From positions 12,081-76,080 of the forward strand of contig CALRHD010000003.1 of the NCBI GenBank assembly GCA_943359325.1: a DNA stretch of 64,000 bases, given 5' to 3'. The notes beneath the pieces are model-generated. The model was not told the DNA's origin and did no database searches. It saw only the letters and a program-made list of their open reading frames with translations. The number at the start of each line of letters is the position of its first letter. Position 1 is the first letter of the stretch. Below are positions 28,369 through 38,484 of this stretch, piece after piece. Made by a program: the position numbers and the translations under genes. This DNA comes from Candidatus Uhrbacteria bacterium. Its GTDB lineage: Bacteria > Patescibacteriota > Patescibacteriia > UBA9934.

Positions 28369-31016
28369 ACGACCTTCCTCAATTTTCTGTTCCCGTCATT
28401 GATGAAACAAGTCCTGACTTGTTGACAGGTGTTTTGGTTGATGGGGTGTTTTGGCGATGGGAGAACAGGGTGACGCTGTCGACGATTGCATGGGAGAAAA
28501 CGCGCAAGTCAGTACGGAAAATGGTGACAGGGGTGACGACGGTGCTGGCGTTTGCGGGTGTTGGCGTATTCGTGTTCGGCGTCGTTGTCGTATTCGGTGC
28601 CGACATTTTACGCTCTGCGACATGGTGGCAGCCGAATGCGTACCTCGCAGGCTTTTGGTTTGCTATTCTCTGTGCGCTATTTTTGCACTATCGACGTGTG
28701 CGTGAGCAGCTTGAGGAGAAAAACGTCCCGCACCCAAGAACAAATCCCGAATTCGTGACACTTCCGTCGCCGGATGCGGTTGAGCGTCACGGGAATATTT
28801 TTTCTGTTTCTGACGTTGAGGCACGCAACGCCGTTGCCGACGCATTCACGTTGGCGAATGGTGCGGGGCATGCCGGCGTTTCTGCACTTCACCTTTTTGC
28901 CGCGACGATCCCTACGCGTCCCATTGCAACGCTCTTTGCCCGCCTCGGCATTTCATACGACGCAATAAAAGAGCCGTTGCGTCGCCGCATGGCAACGTGT
29001 GTCAAAGGCGAGACGGTGTTCGGCAGCACGGCATATGACGTCATTGATCGTGCATTTATGCTCGCGATCGCCGACGGGAGAACTGTGCTTTCACCGCGTG
29101 AAATCTTTACTGCCGCAGTTGCCGTTGAACCGTTTTTTGAAGAGCTCTTTGCGTCAAAAGCGATTACGCGTGAAGCGCTCGACAACACCCTTGCATGGAT
29201 TCGCGTTGGTGACGATTTAGTCGCACGCTACCGCACATTCCGTCGTGCGGCAGGGTTTAAGCCGACCGGCAACATGGATCGCGCATTCACTGCCGTCGCA
29301 ACGCCGTTTCTCGACAGCGTGAGCGAAGACCTCACGCGTAATGCCGTCTATGGCCGCACAGAAATGCTGATTGGCCGCGATCGCGAAATGGCCGATGTGA
29401 TGCGCGCCATTGAAGGCGGTAACCAGAGCATCGTGCTCGTGGGTCCGATTGGCGTCGGAAAAGCGGCGATTGTCGACGGTATTGCCGAGCGCATGGTCGC
29501 CGAGAATGTTCCCGTCGTGTTGCAAGATAAGCGCTTGCTCAAAATTTCCGTGCCGCACATTGTGAGTGCACAGGGCGGTAACGGGGCGGAGGAGCGATTT
29601 TTATACGCCATGCAGCAAGTTGGTGCGGCAGGCAACGTCATACTTGTCATCGAAAATTTGCACGAACTTGTTGGCGCAGGGGAAACGCTCGATTTATCGT
29701 CGATACTTTCTGCGGAACTGGAGAAGGGGTACACGTTTGTGATCGGGACTACCACGGCAGAGGGCTATCGTCTGATTGAAAAGTCGCCGCTTCGTGCACG
29801 ACTATCGAAGGTTGTCATTGAGGAGCCAGAACGTAATGACGCCATTCTTGTTCTCGAGTCGAAATTGGGATTTGTCGAAGCAAAAAATCGTGTGGTGTTT
29901 ACGTATGCGGCGGTCGAAGCAGTTGTCGATATGTCGGCTCGCTACATGCACGACGACATGCTGCCGCAAAAAGCGATCACGCTTGCAGCAGAAGTTGCAC
30001 TCGACGTTGCAAAGAAGGGCGTGCTGCATGCGTGGGTCACAAAAGAAGATGTTGCGCGCCTCGTTGGTACAAAAACAGGCGTGGCGACCACGGAGGTAAC
30101 GGAAGAAGAAGGCGACAAGATGTTGCATTTGGAAGAACGCATGCACGAACGCATTATTGGCCAAGCACATGCGGTGACGGCGATTGCTGCGGCGTTGCGT
30201 CGAGCGCGTGTCGAATTGCGGTCGAAGAAACGACCGATCGCGAACTTCCTCTTCCTGGGGCCGACGGGTGTCGGTAAAACCGAGCTCGCAAAGACGACTG
30301 CTGCGGTGTATTTCGGTGACGAAAAGGCGATGATTCGTTTTGACATGTCAGAGTATCAGGATGCGGCGTCTGTGTCGCGACTTATTGGTGGCAATGGGCA
30401 GGCGGGATTGCTCACGGAAGCCGTGCGCAAGCAGCCGTTTGCACTGCTGCTCCTCGACGAGCTTGAAAAAGCACACCCAGAAATTCTCAATTTGTTCTTG
30501 CAGGTGATGGACGACGGGCGTTTGACCGACGGCACAGGGCGCACGATTGACTTTACGAATATCATTCTCATTGCAACGAGTAACGCGGGGACGCAATTTA
30601 TTCAGGACAGCATTGCGAAGGGCGATACAATCGACGTCATCAAAACCGCACTCCTCGAAAACGAATTGCGCACAACGTATCGCCCCGAATTCCTCAACCG
30701 TTTCGACGACACGATTGTGTTTACGCCATTGACGCAAGAAGACGTGCTGGCGATTGCGCACCTCATGTTGAACGGTGTTGTGGCGCAGATGGAGGAGAAG
30801 GGTATTACGCTCGAAGTGACAGACGCTGAAGTACAGGAATTGGCGCAAAAAGGGTTTGACCCGAAATTTGGTGCGCGGCCGCTTCGCCGTGCTATTCAAG
30901 AAAACGTCGAAAACGCGATTGCGGACTTTTTGCTCCGTGGTAAAGTCGAACGGCGTGACACACTCACCCTCGACGTCGGTGGCGTCATCACGTTGCATAA
31001 AGCACAAGCGCTGTAA
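28365..31016 (+). CDS. Membrane-anchored Clp/Hsp100-family AAA+ ATPase (ClpC/ClpB-like, two NBDs)
   Basis: N-terminal TM segments. NBD1 Walker A is VGPIGVGKAAIV. NBD2 has FLGPTGVGKTELAK and a sensor region. The GTG start at 28365 overlaps the previous stop (GTGA), and the start is uncertain. Confidence 0.8.
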   Translation: MNDLPQFSVPVIDETSPDLLTGVLVDGVFWRWENRVTLSTIAWEKTRKSVRKMVTGVTTVLAFAGVGVFVFGVVVVFGADILRSATWWQPNAYLAGFWFAILCALFLHYRRVREQLEEKNVPHPRTNPEFVTLPSPDAVERHGNIFSVSDVEARNAVADAFTLANGAGHAGVSALHLFAATIPTRPIATLFARLGISYDAIKEPLRRRMATCVKGETVFGSTAYDVIDRAFMLAIADGRTVLSPREIFTAAVAVEPFFEELFASKAITREALDNTLAWIRVGDDLVARYRTFRRAAGFKPTGNMDRAFTAVATPFLDSVSEDLTRNAVYGRTEMLIGRDREMADVMRAIEGGNQSIVLVGPIGVGKAAIVDGIAERMVAENVPVVLQDKRLLKISVPHIVSAQGGNGAEERFLYAMQQVGAAGNVILVIENLHELVGAGETLDLSSILSAELEKGYTFVIGTTTAEGYRLIEKSPLRARLSKVVIEEPERNDAILVLESKLGFVEAKNRVVFTYAAVEAVVDMSARYMHDDMLPQKAITLAAEVALDVAKKGVLHAWVTKEDVARLVGTKTGVATTEVTEEEGDKMLHLEERMHERIIGQAHAVTAIAAALRRARVELRSKKRPIANFLFLGPTGVGKTELAKTTAAVYFGDEKAMIRFDMSEYQDAASVSRLIGGNGQAGLLTEAVRKQPFALLLLDELEKAHPEILNLFLQVMDDGRLTDGTGRTIDFTNIILIATSNAGTQFIQDSIAKGDTIDVIKTALLENELRTTYRPEFLNRFDDTIVFTPLTQEDVLAIAHLMLNGVVAQMEEKGITLEVTDAEVQELAQKGFDPKFGARPLRRAIQENVENAIADFLLRGKVERRDTLTLDVGGVITLHKAQAL

Positions 31017-31063
31017 GCTGAAACGTAAAAAGGGGTCAGGTCTTGTTATTACTCATTTTGGTT

Positions 31064-31465
31064 ATGTCGCAAAAAAATATTCTTCAAATTTTGCTCGTGA
31101 TCGGCGCGGGATTTTACATCTTCGAGGCAGCCATTCATGCGCTCGGTCTTCCTATTTTGGAACACGATAAGATATTTTTACCAACGCACGACCGTTACAT
31201 CGCCATCATGGCGTTGACATACGCAGCGCTCCTTATTCTCGTTTCAACGAACATCGAAAAATATCGCACGCTCTTTGCCGTTGTCATGACAGGCATTTTT
31301 GTGAGCATGGGCAATGCAGTGCTGATCGCTCATTCGGGAGGCTACGCAGCGTTCGGTGTTATCAATCTTGACAGGAGTTTGACGCTCATTGGTTTCGGCG
31401 CTGCGGTATGGTTTGTGGTGACACTTGCCACTTTTCGACGTTACACTCACACTAACGCCGTATGA
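31064..31465 (+). CDS. Membrane protein (hypothetical)
   Basis: Four predicted TM helices. The ATG start was preferred over the upstream TTG at 31043. Confidence 0.5.
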   Translation: MSQKNILQILLVIGAGFYIFEAAIHALGLPILEHDKIFLPTHDRYIAIMALTYAALLILVSTNIEKYRTLFAVVMTGIFVSMGNAVLIAHSGGYAAFGVINLDRSLTLIGFGAAVWFVVTLATFRRYTHTNAV

Positions 31466-32493
31466 GCGTTTGGTGGATATTTCCCGTTGGGGCGGCGCTG
31501 TGCCTCGCGATTGCGGTGACAGATGGCGTTCGCGCGTTTGCAATTCTTTGCGGCGTTGTTGACGCGCCAGACAGGCAGCGTAAATTGCACAGTGGCTCAA
31601 CACCGCTTTTTGGTGGCATTGGGCTGTACATCGCGTTTGCCGTACCGACGCTTGCCGTCCTCATATTCACACGTCACTTTACTTCAGGCGACATTGGCGT
31701 CGGCGAATTTGTCGGTTTTTTGACAGGTGGCCTCGTGCTTATTCTTGGCGGCATACTCGACGATCGCTATACACTTCCCCCGCGCGTCACCATCCTTTTT
31801 TCCGTTGTCGCCGTGCTTCTTGCGACACTCTCGGGAATTGGGATCAGCAAGCTTACCAACCCGTTTTCTGCCGAACCATTTTTGCTGACCGCCCTCGTGT
31901 CGATGTCGTTTACATTTTGTTGGTTGATGGTAACGACATACACCACAAAACTTCTCGATGGCGTCGACGGTTTGGCGACGACGGTCATCGTGATCGGTTG
32001 CGCGGTTATCGCACTCCTCTCGTTGACGCCTGCGTACTTCCAGCCCGACGTTGCGCTGCTCGCCGCAATTGCCGCCACCGCCTGCCTCGGGTTTCTCGCA
32101 TGGAATTTCCCACCCGCCCGTATTTTTCTTGGCGAGGGCGGAAGCACATTCCTCGGTTTTATGCTTGGTACGCTCGCCGTTATTTCGGGCGGTAAAGTCG
32201 CCACCGCGCTTCTTGTACTCGGTATCCCTGCACTCGACGTCGCATTCGTCGTCGTCCGTCGACTCTTGCAACGTAAAAACCCCTTCACCTCCTCAGATCG
32301 TCAACACCTTCATCTCCTTCTTCGTGACCACGGCTTCACGTCGCGCCAAATCCTCGCCCTTTACGCGTTTCTCGCAACACTCTTTGGCTTGACGACGCTC
32401 GTGTTTTCGAGCTGGCAAAAAATCGCTGCGCTTGCTACCCTAGGGCTTATCGCGCTCGTGGGCCTCTTGTGGCTGACCCGTCGCCAACCATAA
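31462..32493 (+). CDS. Polyprenyl-phosphate N-acetylhexosamine-1-phosphate transferase (WecA/TagO/MraY family)
   Basis: Multi-TM protein with a DGVDGLA motif and a PPARIFLGEGGS-type motif. Confidence 0.8.
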   Translation: MSVWWIFPVGAALCLAIAVTDGVRAFAILCGVVDAPDRQRKLHSGSTPLFGGIGLYIAFAVPTLAVLIFTRHFTSGDIGVGEFVGFLTGGLVLILGGILDDRYTLPPRVTILFSVVAVLLATLSGIGISKLTNPFSAEPFLLTALVSMSFTFCWLMVTTYTTKLLDGVDGLATTVIVIGCAVIALLSLTPAYFQPDVALLAAIAATACLGFLAWNFPPARIFLGEGGSTFLGFMLGTLAVISGGKVATALLVLGIPALDVAFVVVRRLLQRKNPFTSSDRQHLHLLLRDHGFTSRQILALYAFLATLFGLTTLVFSSWQKIAALATLGLIALVGLLWLTRRQP

Positions 32494-32498
32494 AACAT

Positions 32499-33008
32499 AT
32501 GAATGACTCTCTTGTGACGTCGAAAACAACAGGCCGTTTTGTATACATTTTTTTCGGCATTCTCGCAGGCCTTATGGTGCTGTGGATTGCCTACATGGCG
32601 ATAACGGGAAACGAATGGGGAACTGTTCGGCAGGGTGAGGCGGAGACGTACACGGTGCGCATTGCCGACAACCCGATTGAATGGGCAAAGGGGCTATCGG
32701 GCACAAAAGCATCGGATTTGGGCGATGCGATAGGGTTGTTGTTTGTCTATGGTAAGGCCGAAGAGAGGACGTTTTGGATGAAAGGCATGAACTATAATTT
32801 GGACATTTTGTGGATAAAAGAGGGGAGAGTCATGAAAATAGATTATAACGTACCTGCACCTGCCGCTGGTCAGGAACCGATTTCGGTGATGTCGGACCCA
32901 TTACTGGTCGACATGGTGCTTGAAATGCCTGCGGGCGGAGCGGATCGTGTAGGGTATCTCGCGGGTCATCAGCTTTACTTCGATCTTGACGCTCCTGCGC
33001 AAAACTGA
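32499..33008 (+). CDS. DUF192 domain protein
   Basis: N-terminal TM followed by a DUF192-like core (LFVYGKAEERTFWMKGMNYNLDILWI). An alternative upstream start is at 32469. Confidence 0.6.
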   Translation: MNDSLVTSKTTGRFVYIFFGILAGLMVLWIAYMAITGNEWGTVRQGEAETYTVRIADNPIEWAKGLSGTKASDLGDAIGLLFVYGKAEERTFWMKGMNYNLDILWIKEGRVMKIDYNVPAPAAGQEPISVMSDPLLVDMVLEMPAGGADRVGYLAGHQLYFDLDAPAQN

Positions 33009-33083
33009 TAGCATCGCCCCACATTAATCGGCATCTGGAAGGCTGTAAATCTCCCATAGGAGTGCCTGGAGAGCCAAAAACGT

Positions 33084-33395
33084 ATGTACGCAGTTATCGT
33101 AACGGGCGGCAAGCAGTATCTTGTCACCGAAGGTCAAACATTGAAGGTGGAGAAGCTTGAAAATGACGTGGACGCAGCACTTTCGTTCGACTGTTTGCTT
33201 GTTTCCGACGAGTCGGGTGACAACGTAAAAGTTGGCAAACCCATCGTTGACGGCGCAAAAGTCTCTGCAAAAGTCATTGCACAAGGCCGTGCGGACAAAA
33301 TTTCCGTCGTTAAGTACAAGCGAAAGGTTCGCTATCGCCGCAATGTCGGCCATCGTCAGCCATTTACGGAAATTCTCATCGAAAAGATTGCATAA
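33084..33395 (+). CDS. rplU: 50S ribosomal protein L21
   Basis: MYAVIVTGGKQYLVTEGQTLKVEKL matches the L21 consensus. Confidence 0.9.
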   Translation: MYAVIVTGGKQYLVTEGQTLKVEKLENDVDAALSFDCLLVSDESGDNVKVGKPIVDGAKVSAKVIAQGRADKISVVKYKRKVRYRRNVGHRQPFTEILIEKIA

Positions 33396-33400
33396 AGTAA

Positions 33401-33430
33401 AGGCGCCCAAAACGGGCGCTTTTGCTTTTC
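33401..33430 (+). terminator. Rho-independent terminator
   Basis: GGCGCCC-AAAAC-GGGCGCT followed by TTTGCTTTT. Confidence 0.6.
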
Positions 33431-33436
33431 TGATGA

Positions 33437-33445
33437 AGTGGTAAA
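33437..33445 (+). promoter_or_regulatory. Extended -10 (TGgTAAAAT), 9 nt before the ATG at 33455 (leaderless)
   Basis: Identical nonamer to the one at 4463-4471. Confidence 0.4.
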
Positions 33446-33454
33446 ATTCTTGAT

Positions 33455-33979
33455 ATGCGAAAAGACATCCTTGCATTCGTCGGCCCCAGTCAATCGGGCA
33501 AAAATACGCTGATTATAGATATGCTGGCGATGTATCCCGAGAAAGTTGGCGTGAGCATGTCGGTGACAACACGCTCGTGGCGAGGGAGCGACGATGACAT
33601 TTTTTATCGCTTCATGTCGAAGGAGGCATTTGAAGCGCTTGTGAAAGACGGCGGATTTGCGCATTGGGTTGCTCATGCGGGGAATTATTATGGTACGCCG
33701 CGAGCAGACGTCGACGCAACGCTCGCCACGAAATATGCCGCAGGAGCGTTTGTCGAACAGGGAGTGATGAATTTACGCAATGCAGACTACACGGTGCGCG
33801 TCATCAAAATCCGTCCCGTTGGCCATGTGCAGTCCACCGACCCGAAGCGACAGGTCGAAGACGCTGTTCGTGACCAGATAGACATTCACCCCGAGATCGT
33901 CATTGAGAACGACTTTTCGCCGGGTGGGAGAGAACGCGCCGCGGCACAATTGGCACATTATATCGAGGCGCTGCCATGA
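33455..33979 (+). CDS. gmk: Guanylate kinase
   Basis: P-loop GPSQSGKNT, TTRSWRG ... Y.F and the GNYYGT motif. Confidence 0.75.
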   Translation: MRKDILAFVGPSQSGKNTLIIDMLAMYPEKVGVSMSVTTRSWRGSDDDIFYRFMSKEAFEALVKDGGFAHWVAHAGNYYGTPRADVDATLATKYAAGAFVEQGVMNLRNADYTVRVIKIRPVGHVQSTDPKRQVEDAVRDQIDIHPEIVIENDFSPGGRERAAAQLAHYIEALP

Positions 33980-34011
33980 CTTTTCCGTACTCCTTTCGCT
34001 TGTGGTAAACT

Positions 34012-35238
34012 GTGCCCCGTATGTTTCGTTTGAATGATGTTACCCCTCGTACTACTTTGCTTGCAGGATTGCTTTTTTCTGCTGTCGTGTTCGCATTTGG
34101 CTATTCCATTGGCAGCGGCACGCGCCTCGACCGTCTGCATTGGGGCGGTATACGTGTCGACGACACTCCGCTCGATGTTGCGAAAGAGGTCAATTTTGAA
34201 GCGTTTTGGGATGTGTGGCATTTGGTGAGCGACAAATACGTCGACCAGCCTGTGGATAAGCAAAAAATGCTTGATGGCGCCATTGAAGGCATGGTCGCAG
34301 GGCTTGGAGATCCGTATACGACGTATTTCACACCCGAGCTTGCGCAAGAATTCAATCAAGAAGTCGACGGCGTCTTTTACGGAATTGGTGCGGAAATTGG
34401 TGAACGCGACGACGGCATTATGATTATTGCGCCGCTGCCAAACACTCCTGCCGAAACCGCAGGTCTTGTGGCGGGCGACCTCATTCTTTCTATCGACGGT
34501 ACGACAACGAATGGCATGAGTGTGTACGAAGCGGTGCGACGCATTCGCGGTGACATCGGCACGCAAGTCATATTGTCGATATATCATGTAGGCGACGATG
34601 CGAGCCACGATGTTGCCATTATCCGTGACGAAATTACGATAGATAGCGTTACATGGACGTTACGCACCGACGGTATTGCCGTTATTACGATTTCGATGTT
34701 CAATGAAGATACTGTGCCGCTCATGCGGCAAGCGGCCGAGGAGATTGTCGCCGCACATCCGAAGGGCATGGTCGTTGATTTGCGCAACGACCCTGGGGGG
34801 CTTTTGAACGCTGCGATTGACGTTGCGTCAATGTGGGTAGGAAATAGTGTTGTGGTGATCGAAAAAACGCTCGAGGGTGAAGAATCGTACGGGGGGAGTG
34901 GGACGCCTGTATTTGCGAATATCCCGACAGTGGTACTGGTGAATGCCGGCTCGGCGTCTGCGTCGGAAATTCTTTCAGGCGCGCTGCAAGACTATGGCCT
35001 CGCGACGGTCATGGGTGAACAAACATTCGGGAAAGGTTCGGTACAGGAGTATCACGATGGGCTTGTTGGTGGTTCTGCCGTCAAAATCACGATTGCGCAT
35101 TGGCTCACGCCAAATGGTCGTACGATTAACGGAACGGGACTCACACCGGACACCGTGATAACGGAAACATTAGACGACATGCATGCTGGGAAAACGCCAC
35201 AAATGGACGCGGCGATCAGTTTCCTCAAGAAAAACTGA
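34012..35238 (+). CDS. Carboxyl-terminal processing protease (S41 family) with a PDZ domain
   Basis: LRNDPGGLL and GSASASEIL catalytic-region motifs, with a PDZ (GLVAGDLILSIDG). Confidence 0.85.
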   Translation: MPRMFRLNDVTPRTTLLAGLLFSAVVFAFGYSIGSGTRLDRLHWGGIRVDDTPLDVAKEVNFEAFWDVWHLVSDKYVDQPVDKQKMLDGAIEGMVAGLGDPYTTYFTPELAQEFNQEVDGVFYGIGAEIGERDDGIMIIAPLPNTPAETAGLVAGDLILSIDGTTTNGMSVYEAVRRIRGDIGTQVILSIYHVGDDASHDVAIIRDEITIDSVTWTLRTDGIAVITISMFNEDTVPLMRQAAEEIVAAHPKGMVVDLRNDPGGLLNAAIDVASMWVGNSVVVIEKTLEGEESYGGSGTPVFANIPTVVLVNAGSASASEILSGALQDYGLATVMGEQTFGKGSVQEYHDGLVGGSAVKITIAHWLTPNGRTINGTGLTPDTVITETLDDMHAGKTPQMDAAISFLKKN

Positions 35239-35818
35239 TGGCGGCCGCGAGCGACATCGTACTGAAGTGTCTGCAGGGGGACTCGTGCTTCAGCGTGTCC
35301 GCGGTCAGGTGTCGTTTGCCATGGTGGTGGATTCTTATGGCAAGTGGGCGTTTCCAAAAGGGCATGTGCGAATGGGGGAGTCATATCGGTCTGCGGCGGT
35401 GCGAGAAATTGGTGAAGAAATGGGGCTCGCGAAATTGCGCTTCGTTGCTCGGCTCGATACGATAGATATCTGGTTTCGCGACAGGTACGTTCATAAAGGC
35501 GAACTCATCCATAAATACATCCATTACTTTCTCTTCGAGGCGCCGCCAGACGCGATACTTACGAAGCCAGAATCGCAGGAAGACGGCGAACAAATCCAGT
35601 CGGTCGGGTGGGTACCCGCTGCCGAACTTGCCACGCGATCCAGTTACCCCGACATGGTCGACATAATCGAAAAAGCATTACGCATATGCAAGTTATTCTC
35701 CTCGAAGACGTCAAAGCCCACGGACACAAAGGCGATGTCGTGGAAGTATCGGAAGGGTACGCCCGCAATTTCCTCTTCCCCGCACACCTCGCCATTGAAG
35801 CCTCTAAGTCATCGCTAA
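35183..35818 (+). CDS. NUDIX hydrolase
   Basis: Nudix box GKWAFPKGHVRMGESYRSAAVREIGEEMGL. The start is possibly the GTG at 35267. The 3' end overlaps rplI by 133 nt. Confidence 0.6.
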   Translation: MLGKRHKWTRRSVSSRKTDGGRERHRTEVSAGGLVLQRVRGQVSFAMVVDSYGKWAFPKGHVRMGESYRSAAVREIGEEMGLAKLRFVARLDTIDIWFRDRYVHKGELIHKYIHYFLFEAPPDAILTKPESQEDGEQIQSVGWVPAAELATRSSYPDMVDIIEKALRICKLFSSKTSKPTDTKAMSWKYRKGTPAISSSPHTSPLKPLSHR

Positions 35819-36123
35819 GGGCGATGGAGGAAAAGGATGAGAGAGGAAAGAGGAAGGTTGAGAAGACGGAGCACGAGGAGCGCAAACAGGCGGCGGCGCT
35901 TGATGGGTTGGAGGTGATGGTGCAGGCAAAGTCGGAGGGTGGCAAGTTGTTTGCGGCGGTGGGGGCGAAGCAGGTCCGTGAGGCGTTGAAAGGGTTGGGA
36001 TATAGCGTCGACGAAGAGCAGATTGAAATGACGCCCATGAAAAATGTCGGTAGCGAAACCGCAATCGTCAATTTTGATAGTGGCTACGAGGCGACGATTA
36101 CGATAATTGTGGAAGCGGGGTAG
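35686..36123 (+). CDS. rplI: 50S ribosomal protein L9
   Basis: MQVILLEDVKAHGHKGDVVEVSEGYARNFLFP matches the L9 N-domain consensus. Confidence 0.9.
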   Translation: MQVILLEDVKAHGHKGDVVEVSEGYARNFLFPAHLAIEASKSSLRAMEEKDERGKRKVEKTEHEERKQAAALDGLEVMVQAKSEGGKLFAAVGAKQVREALKGLGYSVDEEQIEMTPMKNVGSETAIVNFDSGYEATITIIVEAG

Positions 36124-36140
36124 TTTCTAGGATTGAGTAT

Positions 36141-37769
36141 ATGCATCACAAATTTATTTTTGTTGTCGGGGGCGTCATGAGTGGCGTCGGGAAGGGGACG
36201 TCAACAGCGGCGCTCGGGCTTATTCTGCGTGCGAAGGGTTTTACGGTGACGGCAATCAAAATTGATCCGTACGTCAATGTCGATGCAGGAACAATGAACC
36301 CTGTGGAGCACGGTGAAGTTTTTGTGACAGTGGATGGCGACGAGACCGATCAAGACATTGGTAACTACGAACGGTTCCTCGACATCGACATTACGAAGAA
36401 GAATTACATGACGACGGGGCGCGTGTATCTCTCCGTTATCGAGAAGGAGCGGCGCGGTGATTATCATGGCAAGTGCGTGGAGGTTGTGCCGCGTGTGCCC
36501 GAAGAAGTTATTGCACGCATCGACATTGCCGCAGAGGCAGCGAAGGCAGATTTTGTGCTTATTGAAATCGGGGGAACGGTGGGTGAGTACGAGAACATTT
36601 TGTTCCTTGAGGCACTGCGCATGATGCGCATGCGCGACCCCGATTCTGTGCGGACAATTTTGGTAAGTTATTTGCCCGTGCCGCCGTCGATTGGCGAAAT
36701 GAAAACGAAGCCAACACAACATGCCGTGCGCGAAATCAACCGCGTCGGTATTGCACCCGACTTTATCATTTGCCGCTCCGAGGCCGCGCTCGACGCGCCA
36801 CGGCGTGAAAAGTTGAGTAGATTTTGCGGTGTGCCCGAGGCGCACATTATTACTGCTGCGAATGCAAAGTCGATTTACGAAGTGCCGATGATGTTTGAGG
36901 AACAGGGGTTTGCGGATACGGTGTTAAAGTCGTTTCATGCAGAAGCAAAGCCTGCAGATCTGTCGTCATGGCAGAAGCTTGTCGAAAAGATTGGAGGCGT
37001 AAAAAATGAAGTGCGGATTGGTGTTATTGGGAAATACTTTTCTACGGGCGACTTTATACTTTCGGACGCGTATCTTTCTGTGCTCGAGGCGCTGAAGCAC
37101 GGCGCATGGGCAAATGGGTGCAAGCCTGTTATTGAATGGCTCAATTCGGAGGAATACGAGAAACACCCCGAAAAACTGGGTGAACTCGATACGTTCGATG
37201 GCATTTTGATTCCAGGAGGTTTTGGTTCGCGCGGGGTCGAAGGAAAAATTGCTGCAATTGGATATGCGCGAAAAAACAAGATTCCGTATTTTGGTATTTG
37301 CTACGGCATGCAATGTGCGGTGATTGAGTTTGCGCGTACTGAACTTGGTTGGAACGACGCGAACACGACGGAGATAGACACCGCGACGACACACCCAGTG
37401 ATTCACATTATGAGTGATCAAAACACGAAGCTGGATGTGCAGGGAATTGGGGGGACGTTGCGGTTGGGGAGTTATCCGTGCGTGTTGGCGGAAAACTCAG
37501 TGTCGATGGCTGCGTACGGTGAAACAAATATTTCCGAGCGCCACCGTCACCGCTACGAATTCAACAGCGACTATCGAGAAGATCTGGTTCGTGCGGGGCT
37601 TGTCATTGCGGGAACATCGCCCGACGATCGTTTGGTAGAAATCGTCGAAGTTGCCGACCATCCGTTTTTTGTTGGTGTCCAATTCCATCCTGAATTCCAG
37701 TCTCGCCCACTTTCTCCACATCCGCTTTTCGTTGCATTCATCAAAGCGGCAAAATCGCGTGTGGCTTAG
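36141..37769 (+). CDS. pyrG: CTP synthase
   Basis: Full-length synthetase and glutamine amidotransferase domains (GICYGMQ, HPEF). The last codons and stop are encoded by the REP element. Confidence 0.95.
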   Translation: MHHKFIFVVGGVMSGVGKGTSTAALGLILRAKGFTVTAIKIDPYVNVDAGTMNPVEHGEVFVTVDGDETDQDIGNYERFLDIDITKKNYMTTGRVYLSVIEKERRGDYHGKCVEVVPRVPEEVIARIDIAAEAAKADFVLIEIGGTVGEYENILFLEALRMMRMRDPDSVRTILVSYLPVPPSIGEMKTKPTQHAVREINRVGIAPDFIICRSEAALDAPRREKLSRFCGVPEAHIITAANAKSIYEVPMMFEEQGFADTVLKSFHAEAKPADLSSWQKLVEKIGGVKNEVRIGVIGKYFSTGDFILSDAYLSVLEALKHGAWANGCKPVIEWLNSEEYEKHPEKLGELDTFDGILIPGGFGSRGVEGKIAAIGYARKNKIPYFGICYGMQCAVIEFARTELGWNDANTTEIDTATTHPVIHIMSDQNTKLDVQGIGGTLRLGSYPCVLAENSVSMAAYGETNISERHRHRYEFNSDYREDLVRAGLVIAGTSPDDRLVEIVEVADHPFFVGVQFHPEFQSRPLSPHPLFVAFIKAAKSRVA

Positions 37770-37795
37770 CCACACGACGGGTGGCTAAGCCACAG
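37756..37795. repeat. REP-like palindrome doublet (left flank of transposase)
   Basis: GTGTGGCTTAGCCACAC-GACGG-GTGGCTAAGCCACA. Overlaps the pyrG stop codon. Confidence 0.65.
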
Positions 37796-37797
37796 GT

Positions 37798-38484
37798 ATG
37801 CGTAAGATACAGCTTGCGGAAGGAAACTACTATCACGTCTATAATCGCGGTGTTGATAAGCGATGTATTTTTAAGGATGAACATGACTATGCTAGGTTCT
37901 ACGCATCACTTTACCTCTTTAATGATGCAAACTATAGCAATTCTGGACATGATGTGCTTCATAATGATGTTCTACTTGCTGCGCATGACGTTTTGCAGCA
38001 CGATCGTGATCCATTTGTTCGCATCGTAAGTTTCTGTTTAATGCCAAACCATTTTCACCTCTTGCTTTATCAGAAGAAAGAAAATGGTATAGCAAAATTT
38101 ATGCAGAAACTCGGCACAGGTTATACGGGCTACTTTAATAGAAAAAATGATCGCAGTGGCAGTCTCTTTGAGGCGACGTATAAAACAATACACGTCGCGC
38201 ATGACGGACAATTTCAACACATGCCCCGATACATTCACTGTAACGCACTTGATCTATCCACGATCTCATGGCGTGACGGAGGTGTAGTTGACTGGAGTAT
38301 CGCGCAAAAAGCACTCGATGTCTTTCCATGGTCTAGTCATTCCGTGTACATGGAGGTGGATCAGGAATTGCCTGTGGTCGATGAATGGGAGGTGAGGAAT
38401 ATGTTTCCTGATCGGTTATCATACTCTTCGTTTTTAGAAGAGTGGGCGACAAGAGGTTTCGTTGACGGGCGCCGTGTGGTTTAG
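37798..38484 (+). CDS. IS200/IS605-like Y1 (HUH) transposase, REP-associated tyrosine transposase (RAYT)-like
   Basis: YHVYNRG N-terminus, HUH motif CLMPNHFHLLL and catalytic-Tyr region RYIHCNAL. Confidence 0.7.
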   Translation: MRKIQLAEGNYYHVYNRGVDKRCIFKDEHDYARFYASLYLFNDANYSNSGHDVLHNDVLLAAHDVLQHDRDPFVRIVSFCLMPNHFHLLLYQKKENGIAKFMQKLGTGYTGYFNRKNDRSGSLFEATYKTIHVAHDGQFQHMPRYIHCNALDLSTISWRDGGVVDWSIAQKALDVFPWSSHSVYMEVDQELPVVDEWEVRNMFPDRLSYSSFLEEWATRGFVDGRRVV

